A DNA stretch of 64,000 bases, from sequence record PX393110.1. One strand, 5' to 3'. A model generated the notes under the pieces. It had not been told where the DNA came from, ran no database searches, and saw only the letters and a program-made list of their open reading frames with translations. The DNA comes from a phage. Position 1 is the stretch's first letter, and each line of letters starts with the position of its first letter. Positions 34,385 to 44,739 of this stretch are shown here, one piece after another. The translations under genes were made by a program, and so were the position numbers.

Positions 34385-37150
34385 CTACTCTTCCATAAAC
34401 GTAGTTACGTTATTGGAAAGGTAGGCACCGATTTTAGTATTATATCTCTGGAACGTAGGTACATGAGTAACCAGGATGATGTGATTAACCGGAATGTCCT
34501 GGAGAGCATCGATAGCTATGTCCAGAGTATTCACATCCAGATTCTTCAACGACTCATCCAGAATCAGGCATCCAGCACCTTTACTAAGGCTAATCAGCTT
34601 ACCGATGAACAGTACGTCCACCAGGTTCTGCTGACCACCAGAGAGATCAGAATACGGAATCAGGAACTCACCGACTTTGTATTGAACATCAAAGTCAATC
34701 TTGATATTTCCATTAGCCTGTTCACGAACGGTAGAGATGACCATATCACCACCAGTCATCATCGCAGCCACTTCCTTAAAGATAGAAGCAGTTACGTCAC
34801 CGCTATTAGTGAACAGATTCTGATACTCCACCAGCTTCTGATACTTAGGCTGAAGAGTAGCCAGCTCAGAGTTAGCCTTATCCAGCTTCGTCTGAGCATC
34901 GTCCATACGAGACTTAAGACTACGAAGAGTAGCCATAGCTCCGATAGTGGAGTTAATCTCGATAAGCTCTTGTTCCAGCTTAGCGACTTCCTCTTCCAGA
35001 ACTTGCACGGAGGAATAGGACTTAGTCTTATTCTTAAGCACTTCCACATCGCTATTGACGGTATGAATCTTCTGGCGAAGAGTGGCCACATCGTTTAGCA
35101 GACCGGACTTACGACGGAGTTCGACTAATTCGTTATTCTTAAGAGCCAGCTTCTGTCGGATTTCATCAGACTTAGGAGCCTTACTTATCTCAGCTTCCAC
35201 AGCATCCAACTTAGACACAGATACAGATCCCTGTGTCTCGAGCTCATCCATCTTACTTCTGATAGAGCTCTGTACCTGCTTAATGTCCTCTTCCTTAAGA
35301 GACTGTTTACAGGTAGGACAGGTAGTGGGAATATTCCGCATTTCTGTCTCTAACTTAGTCAACTCCTGTTCCAGACGAGTCAACTCCTTAGTTAGAGATT
35401 CGCTCTGGTTATGGAGCGAACGAATATTCCCTTCTACTTCCGACACTTCGGCATCTAGCAGAGTAATTTCGCCACGGACATTAGCGAGTGCGGAGTTAAC
35501 CTCTTCTTCGCTAAAGTCTATATTGAACGCAGCCAGCGAGTCTTCCAACATCTGAAGACTCTGTAGCTTACTATCCAAATTACCCAGCTCCCGGATCTTC
35601 TGACGAATATCATCAATCTGAGGAAGGATTCGGGATTTAGCCTCTTCCAGATCACTTACGTCCTTGAGTCTGGAGAAATCGTGATCCTCCATCGTCTTAA
35701 GGACTTCTTCCTGAGCAGTAACCTGAGTCTGGAGATTACCGATCTCTACCTTACAGTTCTTAGCCGAGGCCTTTGCGACAGCTTCGTACTGGTTAATTAC
35801 GGTAAGACCAAGCATCTTCGTTATCAGGTTGATACGCTCGTTGAATCCGAACTGGCTAAGGAACGGAGGACTGTTCTGGGAGCGGTACAGAAGATCGAAG
35901 TGTTCGAGGAATGGCAGCATCTCCCAGAGCTTAGCTTCACGCTCACGAATACTTCCGCCATCCATCTCATCGCCATCAATCCAGACTCGGAACGTCTGAC
36001 CACCAGCCCAATGGCGACTGATCAGGAATTCACGACCACCATACTCCAGCATCACTTCTACCAGAAGATGGTCCTGACCGAGTCTCACCACGTTACGAGG
36101 ACTGTCGCTACCAGTTAAGCAGTAGTTCAGAGCTCGTAACAGCGAGGATTTACCATTACCGGTTTCGCCGTAGAGATAAGTCAGACCTTTCTTAAAGTCC
36201 AGCTCCAACTTATCGATGCTACGGAAGTTCTCTACCTTAATGCTATTTAAGGTAAAGTTGAGGTCGAATACCGACTCGGAACGATCAACGTGGGTAGACA
36301 TCTCATCATGGATATCTTTAAGACCTTTAGCCCGAACGACTTTATCGATAACTTCTTCGACATCAATAGACTTAACCGAGATGCGTGAAGCATCCATCAT
36401 CTGAGCTCGTTCACGAACTACCAGATGTGGGTAATTGTCCAATCCGACAGGAACCTCATCTTCCCAGTACATCTTTAAGTACTTAAAGGAATCAGACTCT
36501 ACCGGAACCCGCTGCCAGGAAAGATCTTTGAGATCCAGCAGTACCAGACTGCCTTCCTGACTATCACCCATCCCATGAGGAATAGGCACGTTCACCGAGT
36601 GAGTATGACCGATGCTGATAGGACGGTGGATGTCACCCGCAAATCCCAGATCGTACTTAGTATCGTCGAACTCCTGACCGAACATCGAGGACAGGGTAAT
36701 ATGGCCGATTAGGACATCTACTTTATCCTGGATGAAGCTAAAGTCCTGAGTCGGACGCCAGTCGCTGAAGGCGACCTTACGGCCACCTAAGTTCAGGATC
36801 TTACCATCGACATACTCCGCCTTACCAGCCAGGATCGGCACCAGCGAGTTCTGATAGTGATCAGCATCTACCGATTTGGAGTTAATGTCGTGGTTACCCA
36901 GAATGTAGTAAATCTCGGAGAACTGCTCACCGAGGATGTCCATAAACTGGGAAGTAGCATGTGCAATCTTAGGCTCGTGCTGAGCCTTATGCACCAAGTC
37001 GCCAGCGATAGATAGGCAAGTAACTTTATGTTCCTTACCCATCTCCACCATACGATGAGCCAATCTGATAAACTGCTTTAGCCGAAACCCTTCCGAGTTA
37101 TGTTGCTGAAACTCATGAATATGAATATCAGCAGCAATTAACATTTTCAT
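34385..37150 (-). CDS. fused Mre11-Rad50 (SbcD-SbcC) recombination nuclease/ATPase
   Basis: N-terminal phosphoesterase motifs (ADIHIH, GDLVH, GNHD, GHTH); then Rad50 Walker A YGETGNGKSS, long coiled coil, ABC signature LSGGQQ; one uninterrupted 921-aa ORF. Confidence 0.65.
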   Translation of the reverse strand: MKMLIAADIHIHEFQQHNSEGFRLKQFIRLAHRMVEMGKEHKVTCLSIAGDLVHKAQHEPKIAHATSQFMDILGEQFSEIYYILGNHDINSKSVDADHYQNSLVPILAGKAEYVDGKILNLGGRKVAFSDWRPTQDFSFIQDKVDVLIGHITLSSMFGQEFDDTKYDLGFAGDIHRPISIGHTHSVNVPIPHGMGDSQEGSLVLLDLKDLSWQRVPVESDSFKYLKMYWEDEVPVGLDNYPHLVVRERAQMMDASRISVKSIDVEEVIDKVVRAKGLKDIHDEMSTHVDRSESVFDLNFTLNSIKVENFRSIDKLELDFKKGLTYLYGETGNGKSSLLRALNYCLTGSDSPRNVVRLGQDHLLVEVMLEYGGREFLISRHWAGGQTFRVWIDGDEMDGGSIREREAKLWEMLPFLEHFDLLYRSQNSPPFLSQFGFNERINLITKMLGLTVINQYEAVAKASAKNCKVEIGNLQTQVTAQEEVLKTMEDHDFSRLKDVSDLEEAKSRILPQIDDIRQKIRELGNLDSKLQSLQMLEDSLAAFNIDFSEEEVNSALANVRGEITLLDAEVSEVEGNIRSLHNQSESLTKELTRLEQELTKLETEMRNIPTTCPTCKQSLKEEDIKQVQSSIRSKMDELETQGSVSVSKLDAVEAEISKAPKSDEIRQKLALKNNELVELRRKSGLLNDVATLRQKIHTVNSDVEVLKNKTKSYSSVQVLEEEVAKLEQELIEINSTIGAMATLRSLKSRMDDAQTKLDKANSELATLQPKYQKLVEYQNLFTNSGDVTASIFKEVAAMMTGGDMVISTVREQANGNIKIDFDVQYKVGEFLIPYSDLSGGQQNLVDVLFIGKLISLSKGAGCLILDESLKNLDVNTLDIAIDALQDIPVNHIILVTHVPTFQRYNTKIGAYLSNNVTTFMEE

Positions 37151-38004
37151 GCCGACTCCAGTATCTTAGCCGTAACGCATCTGTTGTACTTACCCAGTAC
37201 ACCATGGAAATACGGAGGAAATCTGTGACCTGGACAGAACTCTTCCAGAGTCGGTAAGATACGCTGTTGCATCTGTACCTTAGACTCCTGCTCCTTAATG
37301 ATGTTGTGGACTTCGGTATCAGTCAGAATCCTGTCGAGTCGCATTAGCTCCATATTGGAACGAACACGGAACTCTACCGATTGGCTTAGCGAACCATCTT
37401 TGTAAGCGTTAATCGCTTCCTTAACAGTCTTCAAGCCAGTAGCCACTCCTGGAATGTTGTCGGAGCCGTCCCCGACGATGGCTTTGTAGATGAGGTAATC
37501 CTTATGATCATCCAGATCGTAGGTCTTCATCAACCAGGGAAGATCTACTAAACCATCATCCGGATTCAGGACACAAGTATTCTCATTAATGGATAAGTAC
37601 CAGTCTCGGTCTCGTGAGTGTAACATGACCGGACGACCAGAATGAGCATAGTAGTAGCCTAAATCATCGGCTTCCACACCAGACACCTGGATACATTTAA
37701 TACCCAGCGACGGGAAGATCTGCTCGTGAAGAACATTCATAGCAGCCCACAATGCTTCGAAACTCTCGTCGTACTCACGATTGGCCTTATACTCTGGATT
37801 CTTATCCTTAGGTCTGTATCGCCACTTACCCCGATCGTACAGCATGATTAGTTCGGAGCTATATCCGTCTTCCTTAATCAACTTCGCTACACTACCGATA
37901 GTAGAGGCGACTGTAGGACCTAAATCCTGAGACTTACCGGCTGCGAACCAGTTACGAAGCGTCAACCACTGACAATCGACTGGTATTAACGGTATATCAT
38001 TCAT
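37147..38004 (-). CDS. 5'-3' exonuclease / flap endonuclease (phage RNase H-like)
   Basis: H3TH motif GDGSDNIPGV. Confidence 0.6.
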   Translation of the reverse strand: MNDIPLIPVDCQWLTLRNWFAAGKSQDLGPTVASTIGSVAKLIKEDGYSSELIMLYDRGKWRYRPKDKNPEYKANREYDESFEALWAAMNVLHEQIFPSLGIKCIQVSGVEADDLGYYYAHSGRPVMLHSRDRDWYLSINENTCVLNPDDGLVDLPWLMKTYDLDDHKDYLIYKAIVGDGSDNIPGVATGLKTVKEAINAYKDGSLSQSVEFRVRSNMELMRLDRILTDTEVHNIIKEQESKVQMQQRILPTLEEFCPGHRFPPYFHGVLGKYNRCVTAKILESA

Positions 38005-38020
38005 AGTCTACCTAGAGCGT

Positions 38021-38047
38021 CAAAAATAAAGGGACCGAAGTCCCTTT
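38021..38047 (-). terminator. intrinsic terminator
   Basis: minus-strand RNA: AAAGGGAC-UUCG-GUCCCUUU followed by AUUUUUGA. Confidence 0.5.
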
Positions 38048-38060
38048 ATTAGTTAATTAA

Positions 38061-39095
38061 TTATTTACGGAATTTGGCGAAGCGAGAGGCAGCACCACCT
38101 TCTTCTTTGTCTTCGTCAGACTTATCGTCGCCGGCATCTTCAGTTTTATCTTCAGATTTGGCGTCAGATTTGTCGTCAGCAGCGTCTTCTTTAGACTCGC
38201 CTTTATCTTCAGACTTATCTTCGGCAGAGCTCGCGTCGGACTTAACATCAGACTTAGCGTCAGATTTGTCGTCGGCTTTCTGATCACCGGACTCTTCCTT
38301 AGATTCTTCGGCCTTAGCCTCTTCTTCAGCTTTAAGCTCTTCGAAGCCATCTTCGCCAACCAGCGGCAGACCTTTAGCCTTACGCTGGGAACGAATTTCG
38401 TCCAGATCTTTACGGACACGCTTGACCAGACCTACGTATTTGTCTTTGTCGAAGCCTTCACGGATGTACGCCTGAGCCAGCGGCTGGTAGGTCTGATCTG
38501 CAACTACCGGATCAGCTTTGCTGAACAGCGGAGTGAAGGTTACAGAACCCTGATTACCACGTACTACGGTAATCTTAACCGGAGAGCCTTTGATGTCTTT
38601 ATCCAGCATACCTTCCAGAACTTCCGGAGAGTCTTCCGCCAGCGCCGTAATGAAGTCGGTCAGTGCGTTAGCCACCTTACCGTTACCGATCACCGCATAC
38701 AGAGTATTCGGCTTCCAGTTATCAGACGGAGTGTCGGTTTTCTGCAGGAAGAAGTAGAACAGGATGTTGTACTTCAGACCGTATTTCCAGTGATTGTATT
38801 CGTTCAGCTCGTCGAGCATGTCATCCAGCTCGGCATAGTTGAAGTTTTCCGGCAGATCTTCACAGTCGGACGGAGTCTGAATACCATAGCTGAAGTAACC
38901 GTGAGTACGGACTTCACGATACAGGTTACCGACGGGGTCAGTTATGATACGACCCTGATGGCTACCTTCCGGAAGGAAAGTCGCGTTAGGGAAGTTACCG
39001 GTACCACCGGATTTCTCTTTACGCTCTTTCATTTTACCTGCGAGGGCTTTGATACCAGCTACGTCTAACTTCTTAACTTGAACTTGTTCAGTCAT
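38061..39095 (-). CDS. acidic low-complexity protein (possible DNA-binding or replisome accessory)
   Basis: 344 aa; C-terminal third is a D/K/S/E repeat (DDKSDAKSDVKSD...) ending in basic RFAKFRK. Confidence 0.35.
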   Translation of the reverse strand: MTEQVQVKKLDVAGIKALAGKMKERKEKSGGTGNFPNATFLPEGSHQGRIITDPVGNLYREVRTHGYFSYGIQTPSDCEDLPENFNYAELDDMLDELNEYNHWKYGLKYNILFYFFLQKTDTPSDNWKPNTLYAVIGNGKVANALTDFITALAEDSPEVLEGMLDKDIKGSPVKITVVRGNQGSVTFTPLFSKADPVVADQTYQPLAQAYIREGFDKDKYVGLVKRVRKDLDEIRSQRKAKGLPLVGEDGFEELKAEEEAKAEESKEESGDQKADDKSDAKSDVKSDASSAEDKSEDKGESKEDAADDKSDAKSEDKTEDAGDDKSDEDKEEGGAASRFAKFRK

Positions 39096-39156
39096 CTTTG
39101 TGATCTCTATTTAAACAATGTTTTAACAATCTTAATCAGAGTTGCCCTCTGACACC

Positions 39157-39187
39157 TTAACAGCCTTTCGACCCTCCAAAAGAGCGG
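39157..39187 (-). promoter_or_regulatory. class-1 conserved motif, copy 10
   Basis: TTAACAGCCTTTCGACCCTCCAAAAGAGCGG. Confidence 0.45.
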
Positions 39188-39191
39188 CGGA

Positions 39192-40232
39192 CTACACCTT
39201 ACGCAGTCGGTCTATCATTTTAGCCCGATGCTGCTCTTCTGTATTGATGATCGAGTACATACGAACCAATACTGACGGATCATTATCTACTCGGTTGGCT
39301 AACTTATCCAGAGCACCTAAGTAGATACTGGTCTCTTCCTTGATTACCTTACGAACTGAGTCAGCAAAGGTAAATCCAATACTGTCTGGGTTGAACGTAA
39401 TACCGTCCAGCATCACAGCCAGCATCACATTGTCCTGGAAGATGTCCGATTTAATAGAATCCAGTACACTATTCTTGCGGACTGTTTCCAATATCGAGAC
39501 GACCTTAGACACCTTCGGGAACCCTTTCCGGCCATTCAGTAGTTCCAGGAAGGTAAAGAATTTGCCTATGTCTTTGATAGATGTAAGCAGCAGGAATAGT
39601 TCAGGATGGTGCTCTGCCAGAATCGACAGGAACATCATCTTCTCTGTATTCGTCTTAGGAATCAGATCCTGTATCGCTTTAATATCTACGTCGGTCACGA
39701 TTGCTCCCATATGTTCGAGTATACGAGTCACGATGATCCTGTCTGTCAGATCAAGATGCTCGACCATAACCACTCCCCAGTCTAAATATAGCTGGATGAT
39801 AGGTTTGAATCGGTTAGGGAGGAACTGATTCCAAAGATTAACATAGCGATGGACAGCCACTTCCTGTCTAACGCTGTAACTATTGCCTAACTCCAGAGCC
39901 TTGTAAAAATCTGAGTTCTCGGCTAATTCGGGTTCTAGCATGTCGATCGATACTTGCTTTACTTCTTTCTTAATTATCGACTCGAGATGATCCCGTGTAA
40001 CTTCTTCTGTGGTAGTGAGCAGCATGTAGGTTAAGCTGGTCACTGCAGAAGATAATGCCTCTTCGGTCTGTCCTCTGAATTTATAATAGGTACACACCCG
40101 TCGGACTATGGCTAGTGATAAGGTGAATAGGGTACGAGAATCCCTCTTCACAGAATTGATCTCCCTATTCACCAATTCAACTAGCTTTTCGACGGTAGCG
40201 TTCTCGAGGATCTCTACCATCTCTTTTATCAT
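39192..40232 (-). CDS. hypothetical protein (346 aa)
   Basis: long ORF, predicted helical; no recognisable motif. Confidence 0.4.
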   Translation of the reverse strand: MIKEMVEILENATVEKLVELVNREINSVKRDSRTLFTLSLAIVRRVCTYYKFRGQTEEALSSAVTSLTYMLLTTTEEVTRDHLESIIKKEVKQVSIDMLEPELAENSDFYKALELGNSYSVRQEVAVHRYVNLWNQFLPNRFKPIIQLYLDWGVVMVEHLDLTDRIIVTRILEHMGAIVTDVDIKAIQDLIPKTNTEKMMFLSILAEHHPELFLLLTSIKDIGKFFTFLELLNGRKGFPKVSKVVSILETVRKNSVLDSIKSDIFQDNVMLAVMLDGITFNPDSIGFTFADSVRKVIKEETSIYLGALDKLANRVDNDPSVLVRMYSIINTEEQHRAKMIDRLRKV

Positions 40233-40456
40233 TTAAATATCTTCCTCAGACCAGCATCCGGATCACCCTCATCCACGAAATCCTGCTTAATGCTAACTGC
40301 ATCGTTGATAGATATTTTGAACTCCTCGTCGGAAACACGAGTAATAGTTCCGTATTTACTCTCTATGGAGTTGCCTGGACTTATGGAACTCAGCACCATA
40401 AATACCATGGCTTCGTTGGGTAGGGTACCTACGATATCGGACAGCTTTACACTCAT
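40229..40456 (-). CDS. hypothetical protein
   Basis: 75 aa; 4-nt overlap with upstream gene. Confidence 0.3.
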   Translation of the reverse strand: MSVKLSDIVGTLPNEAMVFMVLSSISPGNSIESKYGTITRVSDEEFKISINDAVSIKQDFVDEGDPDAGLRKIFK

Positions 40457-40459
40457 ACA

Positions 40460-40909
40460 TTACCCCATACTTGATAAAGAGATAGACTTTTCGTCTAGTT
40501 CGCATACCTCCGTGATTAAAATCAGGTATTCGTAATTATCTTTATCATTGATTAGTTTATCCATATTCAAGGTGATCGTGAATCGATCATCTATGCTAAT
40601 AGCTTCCTTGACCGCATCTTCCACTGCTTTAATCAGGTTAGATACATCGCGAGTCCAGAATGATTGGCTGAACGAGAATATCATGCGGATATTCAACATC
40701 ACGGACTTACCTTTATATGGCAGAAATGCTTCTCTAGCTCCCTGCATATCTAAGGAGGATTTCACCCACTCCTTAAAGTCCTTGATGCTAGGGTCGAGAT
40801 AGACCCACGATCTTCCTCCACGAGCCCTCCCGACTTTATACATTTCGTTCACGGAGGGGAAATTCCCTCCGTATTGCAGAATGTAGTTATGAGTTCCTAA
40901 TACTTCCAT
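40460..40909 (-). CDS. hypothetical protein
   Basis: 149 aa ORF immediately upstream of the DnaB-like helicase. Confidence 0.35.
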   Translation of the reverse strand: MEVLGTHNYILQYGGNFPSVNEMYKVGRARGGRSWVYLDPSIKDFKEWVKSSLDMQGAREAFLPYKGKSVMLNIRMIFSFSQSFWTRDVSNLIKAVEDAVKEAISIDDRFTITLNMDKLINDKDNYEYLILITEVCELDEKSISLSSMG

Positions 40910-42168
40910 TAGTTCCTCCGACCACCTCTGCCACCATAAGTCTGTAGGCGAGAATACACATCACGAGTAATCTGTTCGATTTCACCATGAGCTCTCATGA
41001 TCCAAGGTGAGCTAATTCCGTCCTTACCACGACGGCACTTAGCCACTTTAAGAATACCGCAGTGCTTCTCACTACGAGGACTCAGACCGACCGTAACCAT
41101 CATATCTACGTTCTGCTGCTTACGAGCAGATTCACCAGCAGAATCGATATTCAGTTCTTCCTCTCCCCAGTATTGAATCTTAGGCTGAGAGGCAACGAAC
41201 ACCAGGCGAGCAGGTTCGTAGATAGGTTTAGCTATGGAAGTCAGGATGTCATAGATATGACCACCATCGTCATACATACTTCCTGTTTCCGGACGCTTAA
41301 GGTTGGAGTCATAGTCCACTACCAGACAGTCGTAGCGCTTCTTACCTCGACAACTATCCAGGTATTCTTCCAGATCTTCAGCACCGAGACTACGAGAAGG
41401 CACTGTAATCAGGTCGATATAGTTCAGGATCTCACGAACGTCGTCGGTAAGGTGTTTATTCAGTTCGGCGACAACCTTAGCATAAGGAGTACCGGTGATC
41501 ACCGCCGTAGCACGAGATAAGAAGTCGTAGCGAGTTAAGTCGCCAAGAGCTACCCATAAAGTGCGACGACCCTGTGTAGCGAATCCGAGGACTTCCTGTA
41601 GCATGATAGCAGATTTACCACCACCAGGACGACCTACGAACTGAATTACCTGACCAGGAATATAGCCATTAAATACCGAGGCTTCAGTAACCACATCCAG
41701 AGTAGACTGGAATACGCCATCTAAGCCACCGATGTCATGTTCCATTACAGTATCTACATCCAGACCACCCAGAGTATGTACCGGAATAGTCGAAGTCAGA
41801 CTACGTGGAATATCACGAATCAGATCAATCAACATACCGGTATCTTCGGAGTTAGCTTTCATGATCTCTGTCAGTTTACGCTCCTGATAGAATCGGAAGA
41901 AGTTATTCACAATCTTCTCAATTTCTTTAGGATCGTTAACCAGACGGAAATTCTCGGCCAACTCAACAAAGTTAGATATGTCCTCTGCAGGACATACCTC
42001 ACCAAGTATCGAGTGAATTACAGCTGGGGTGGCATCCTGTAACTTAATACCGGACTCCACGAGGGTTCTTGCAATCTCAGTAGACCAGGGAAGATCATTA
42101 ATCGTGAGTCCCATAGACTCTTTGATCTTAGGGTTAAACAAACTTGCTACGTGTGTGATCTCTGACAT
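40909..42168 (-). CDS. DnaB-like replicative helicase
   Basis: Walker A VIQFVGRPGGGKSA (cf. DnaB ARPxMGKT) in a RecA-fold C-terminal domain. Confidence 0.55.
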   Translation of the reverse strand: MSEITHVASLFNPKIKESMGLTINDLPWSTEIARTLVESGIKLQDATPAVIHSILGEVCPAEDISNFVELAENFRLVNDPKEIEKIVNNFFRFYQERKLTEIMKANSEDTGMLIDLIRDIPRSLTSTIPVHTLGGLDVDTVMEHDIGGLDGVFQSTLDVVTEASVFNGYIPGQVIQFVGRPGGGKSAIMLQEVLGFATQGRRTLWVALGDLTRYDFLSRATAVITGTPYAKVVAELNKHLTDDVREILNYIDLITVPSRSLGAEDLEEYLDSCRGKKRYDCLVVDYDSNLKRPETGSMYDDGGHIYDILTSIAKPIYEPARLVFVASQPKIQYWGEEELNIDSAGESARKQQNVDMMVTVGLSPRSEKHCGILKVAKCRRGKDGISSPWIMRAHGEIEQITRDVYSRLQTYGGRGGRRN

Positions 42169-42177
42169 TTCTATGTC

Positions 42178-43818
42178 CTATTTGCGAAATGATACCTTAG
42201 TGTGACTGATTACTTTCAGTCTACTTTTAATAGTTTCCATCTTGGACTTCATCTGCTTATTCAGCATATAATTATGCTTATCGAAGAAGAGTCCTACCTT
42301 AACCGCATCACCACGAGCCGAACGACCGATAGTCTGGATTACGCTCTTGTATGACTTGCCAGTTAAGGGTATAATAGAATCTAAGTTAGGGATGTCGATC
42401 CCTTCGGTACCAACGGAAGTAGTGATCAGCACTTTGAATGCTAAATCCTCAGCCAGTTCCTTGAGCTCGTCAAGTCCTAACCCTTCCGCTTCGCCTACAG
42501 GTGTCCAAACTACCGAACTCGAGAAGAATACAGTATCGATACCGATAGCATTCAGATTTCTAGCCATCTGAACACCATCTTCGACCTGAACCATCGGGAT
42601 ATAGGTTATACCTTTACCACCGAATACTTCATTATAAGTTCGTTTAATAGCCTCAGCAGTCATCATGCTACCCATATGCAGGTACAAACTACCTAACATA
42701 TACTCGGGTCGCTCTTTCTGATACTTGGCAATAACAGATCTGTCTTCTGACATCTCAACTAATATTTCGGTTAACTCTACCGGAACAGGTAGGTCATGCT
42801 CGATAATAGATGGTCCACAGTATGCTAATACCGCCATCCCCTTACTCGAAGCACCAAACTTAAATCCCTCGACGAGTAAACTGACGCCCTCCAGAGAATC
42901 CCCAGTGGCCGTAGTTCCCCAGATATACTCGGGATCGATAAGTTCTGTAAGTCTCTGCCAACCAGATGCAGAGAAGTGGTGAGCCTCGTCGGCTATAATA
43001 CAGTTAACCTGATTAAAGAACTCGGAGTACTCACCTTTCTTGTACTTATTGGTTCTCTGGAGTCCCGCCGGATTAATAACGTTAATCGGACTATTTACAT
43101 CCAGATCCCACGGAATAGTTACCCCGTACTTAGCAGCACGTAGAATAATCTCTTCCTTAACTCGGTTAGCGAAAGTATAGATCAACACTTTCTCTGTCAG
43201 ACCCGCTTCCAGTACAGACTCAGCAGTACCGATCAGCAGTTCTGTTTTACCAGCACCCGTATATAACCCGATGATCCCGAACTTAGAGTGACAGATAGCA
43301 TCTGCCGCACTCATCTGAATCTTACCCTTTTCAGGCTTAGGGTGATTTTCGAATACATCCAGCCATTTACGACTGAACTCGAATGCTGGCTCTTCCAGAC
43401 TATTATCGAACTGGGTAGGATCATCAGACGTAGCTATCGCAGTAGCACCAGGAATTACCTGAGCTCCTGAGTTGATCAGCTGATATAACATCTGACCTAC
43501 ACCGAGCTGGCAATTAACTTCACCAGCAAATAGACTCGTATATTTAATCTCTTTACGAGTCGGGAACATCCGTTTCATTCTCCAGTTATATTCCATCACA
43601 TCTTCGATGGCTGTGGAGAACATATGAATCTGTTTCAGTGCTTCCTGATCGTCAGCTGTGATCTTGCACAACATCCGAGACTCACGAGTAAAGTGTATAG
43701 TATACTCTTTACCAGCCGACTCGTTCTGAATCTTGGCTAATTCCATACGAATGGCTTTAGACACATCCGGATTTACCTTAGCCTTCTTCCCTACAAGATC
43801 CTCTAGCTTTACAGACAT
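42178..43818 (-). CDS. SF2 DNA helicase (UvsW / DEAH-like)
   Basis: Walker A GLYTGAGKTELL; DEAH box IIADEAHHF. Confidence 0.55.
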   Translation of the reverse strand: MSVKLEDLVGKKAKVNPDVSKAIRMELAKIQNESAGKEYTIHFTRESRMLCKITADDQEALKQIHMFSTAIEDVMEYNWRMKRMFPTRKEIKYTSLFAGEVNCQLGVGQMLYQLINSGAQVIPGATAIATSDDPTQFDNSLEEPAFEFSRKWLDVFENHPKPEKGKIQMSAADAICHSKFGIIGLYTGAGKTELLIGTAESVLEAGLTEKVLIYTFANRVKEEIILRAAKYGVTIPWDLDVNSPINVINPAGLQRTNKYKKGEYSEFFNQVNCIIADEAHHFSASGWQRLTELIDPEYIWGTTATGDSLEGVSLLVEGFKFGASSKGMAVLAYCGPSIIEHDLPVPVELTEILVEMSEDRSVIAKYQKERPEYMLGSLYLHMGSMMTAEAIKRTYNEVFGGKGITYIPMVQVEDGVQMARNLNAIGIDTVFFSSSVVWTPVGEAEGLGLDELKELAEDLAFKVLITTSVGTEGIDIPNLDSIIPLTGKSYKSVIQTIGRSARGDAVKVGLFFDKHNYMLNKQMKSKMETIKSRLKVISHTKVSFRK

Positions 43819-43820
43819 AA

Positions 43821-44339
43821 TTACTCCTCTTTACTCTGGTAAAGTAACTGGACATCTGCCGCATTCTCGACATATTCCTGAGCTATACGAATAGCCCTAA
43901 CGACCATAGCCTTCTCTCCCCAGCTTAAGAACTCAGGAGTAGCGGCCATCTTAACGATCAACTCACGAGACAGATCTTCGATACACTTAATCTTGTTCGA
44001 GACCTTAGGAAACGCGAGTCTGTTATTGATGGTGATACGATCAGCAGGAATCTGGGTGAAGGTCTCGCCGAACAGTCTATCGAAATCTCCGATGTCGAGT
44101 TCAGTGAAGTAACCCTTACCTTCTTCCGTATCAAATATCCCATGAACTACTACGTTCTGTCGGATAGACACATTTAGTAAGTACTTAGAGTTCAGTAAGA
44201 TAACGTAGATACTCGAATAGCTTCGGAGATCACGTTTCCATGCTGATAACGACTCAGTAGGTGAGCCTTTGTATTCTACTCCCGAATTAAGAAGCATCTT
44301 AGCAAATGGGTCTAGGCTGTTAATTACTACAGTACTCAT
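43821..44339 (-). CDS. hypothetical protein
   Basis: start refined to MSTVV (ATG at 44339) with AAGGAG upstream. Confidence 0.4.
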   Translation of the reverse strand: MSTVVINSLDPFAKMLLNSGVEYKGSPTESLSAWKRDLRSYSSIYVILLNSKYLLNVSIRQNVVVHGIFDTEEGKGYFTELDIGDFDRLFGETFTQIPADRITINNRLAFPKVSNKIKCIEDLSRELIVKMAATPEFLSWGEKAMVVRAIRIAQEYVENAADVQLLYQSKEE

Positions 44340-44363
44340 TGTATTCTCCTTGGGTGCCACAGT

Positions 44364-44394
44364 TTAACAGCCTTTCGACGCTAATTAAAGGTGG
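44364..44394 (-). promoter_or_regulatory. class-1 conserved motif, copy 11 (variant 3' half)
   Basis: TTAACAGCCTTTCGACGCTAATTAAAGGTGG; about 25 nt upstream of ATG. Confidence 0.4.
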
Positions 44395-44696
44395 TCTTTA
44401 ACAGTTCCCAGAATATTATCTCTGGTATGGATTACGCCACTACGATTGGCTTCAATACGTGTGGTAGCTACTATTTCAAATACTTCTAATTGGATAGTAG
44501 GATGAATCATGCAAGTACGGATCAACATAGACAGAGCATCTTCGTAGCTCTGATAACCAGTCGCGTTCTTGTGATTATCCTGCCAAAGTCTATCTGTCGC
44601 CTGAGCTCGCTCCGAGATGTAAGAGATCTTACCATCTTTCATCTGACCAACACAATACTTAGCTTCAGAACTATCTGAAATATGTAACGTTTCCAT
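44385..44696 (-). CDS. hypothetical protein
   Basis: 103 aa ORF. Confidence 0.3.
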   Translation of the reverse strand: METLHISDSSEAKYCVGQMKDGKISYISERAQATDRLWQDNHKNATGYQSYEDALSMLIRTCMIHPTIQLEVFEIVATTRIEANRSGVIHTRDNILGTVKDHL

Positions 44697-44739
44697 AATT
44701 TCTCCTAATGGGGAGTTTTACCTCCCCTGAGTAAACATA

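Noticed and set aside
38061-39095. Assignment as T4 gp32-type single-stranded DNA-binding protein
   Set aside because: The acidic tail and position among replication genes are suggestive, but no gp32-like zinc-binding or OB-fold motifs could be recognised; kept as an acidic low-complexity protein.
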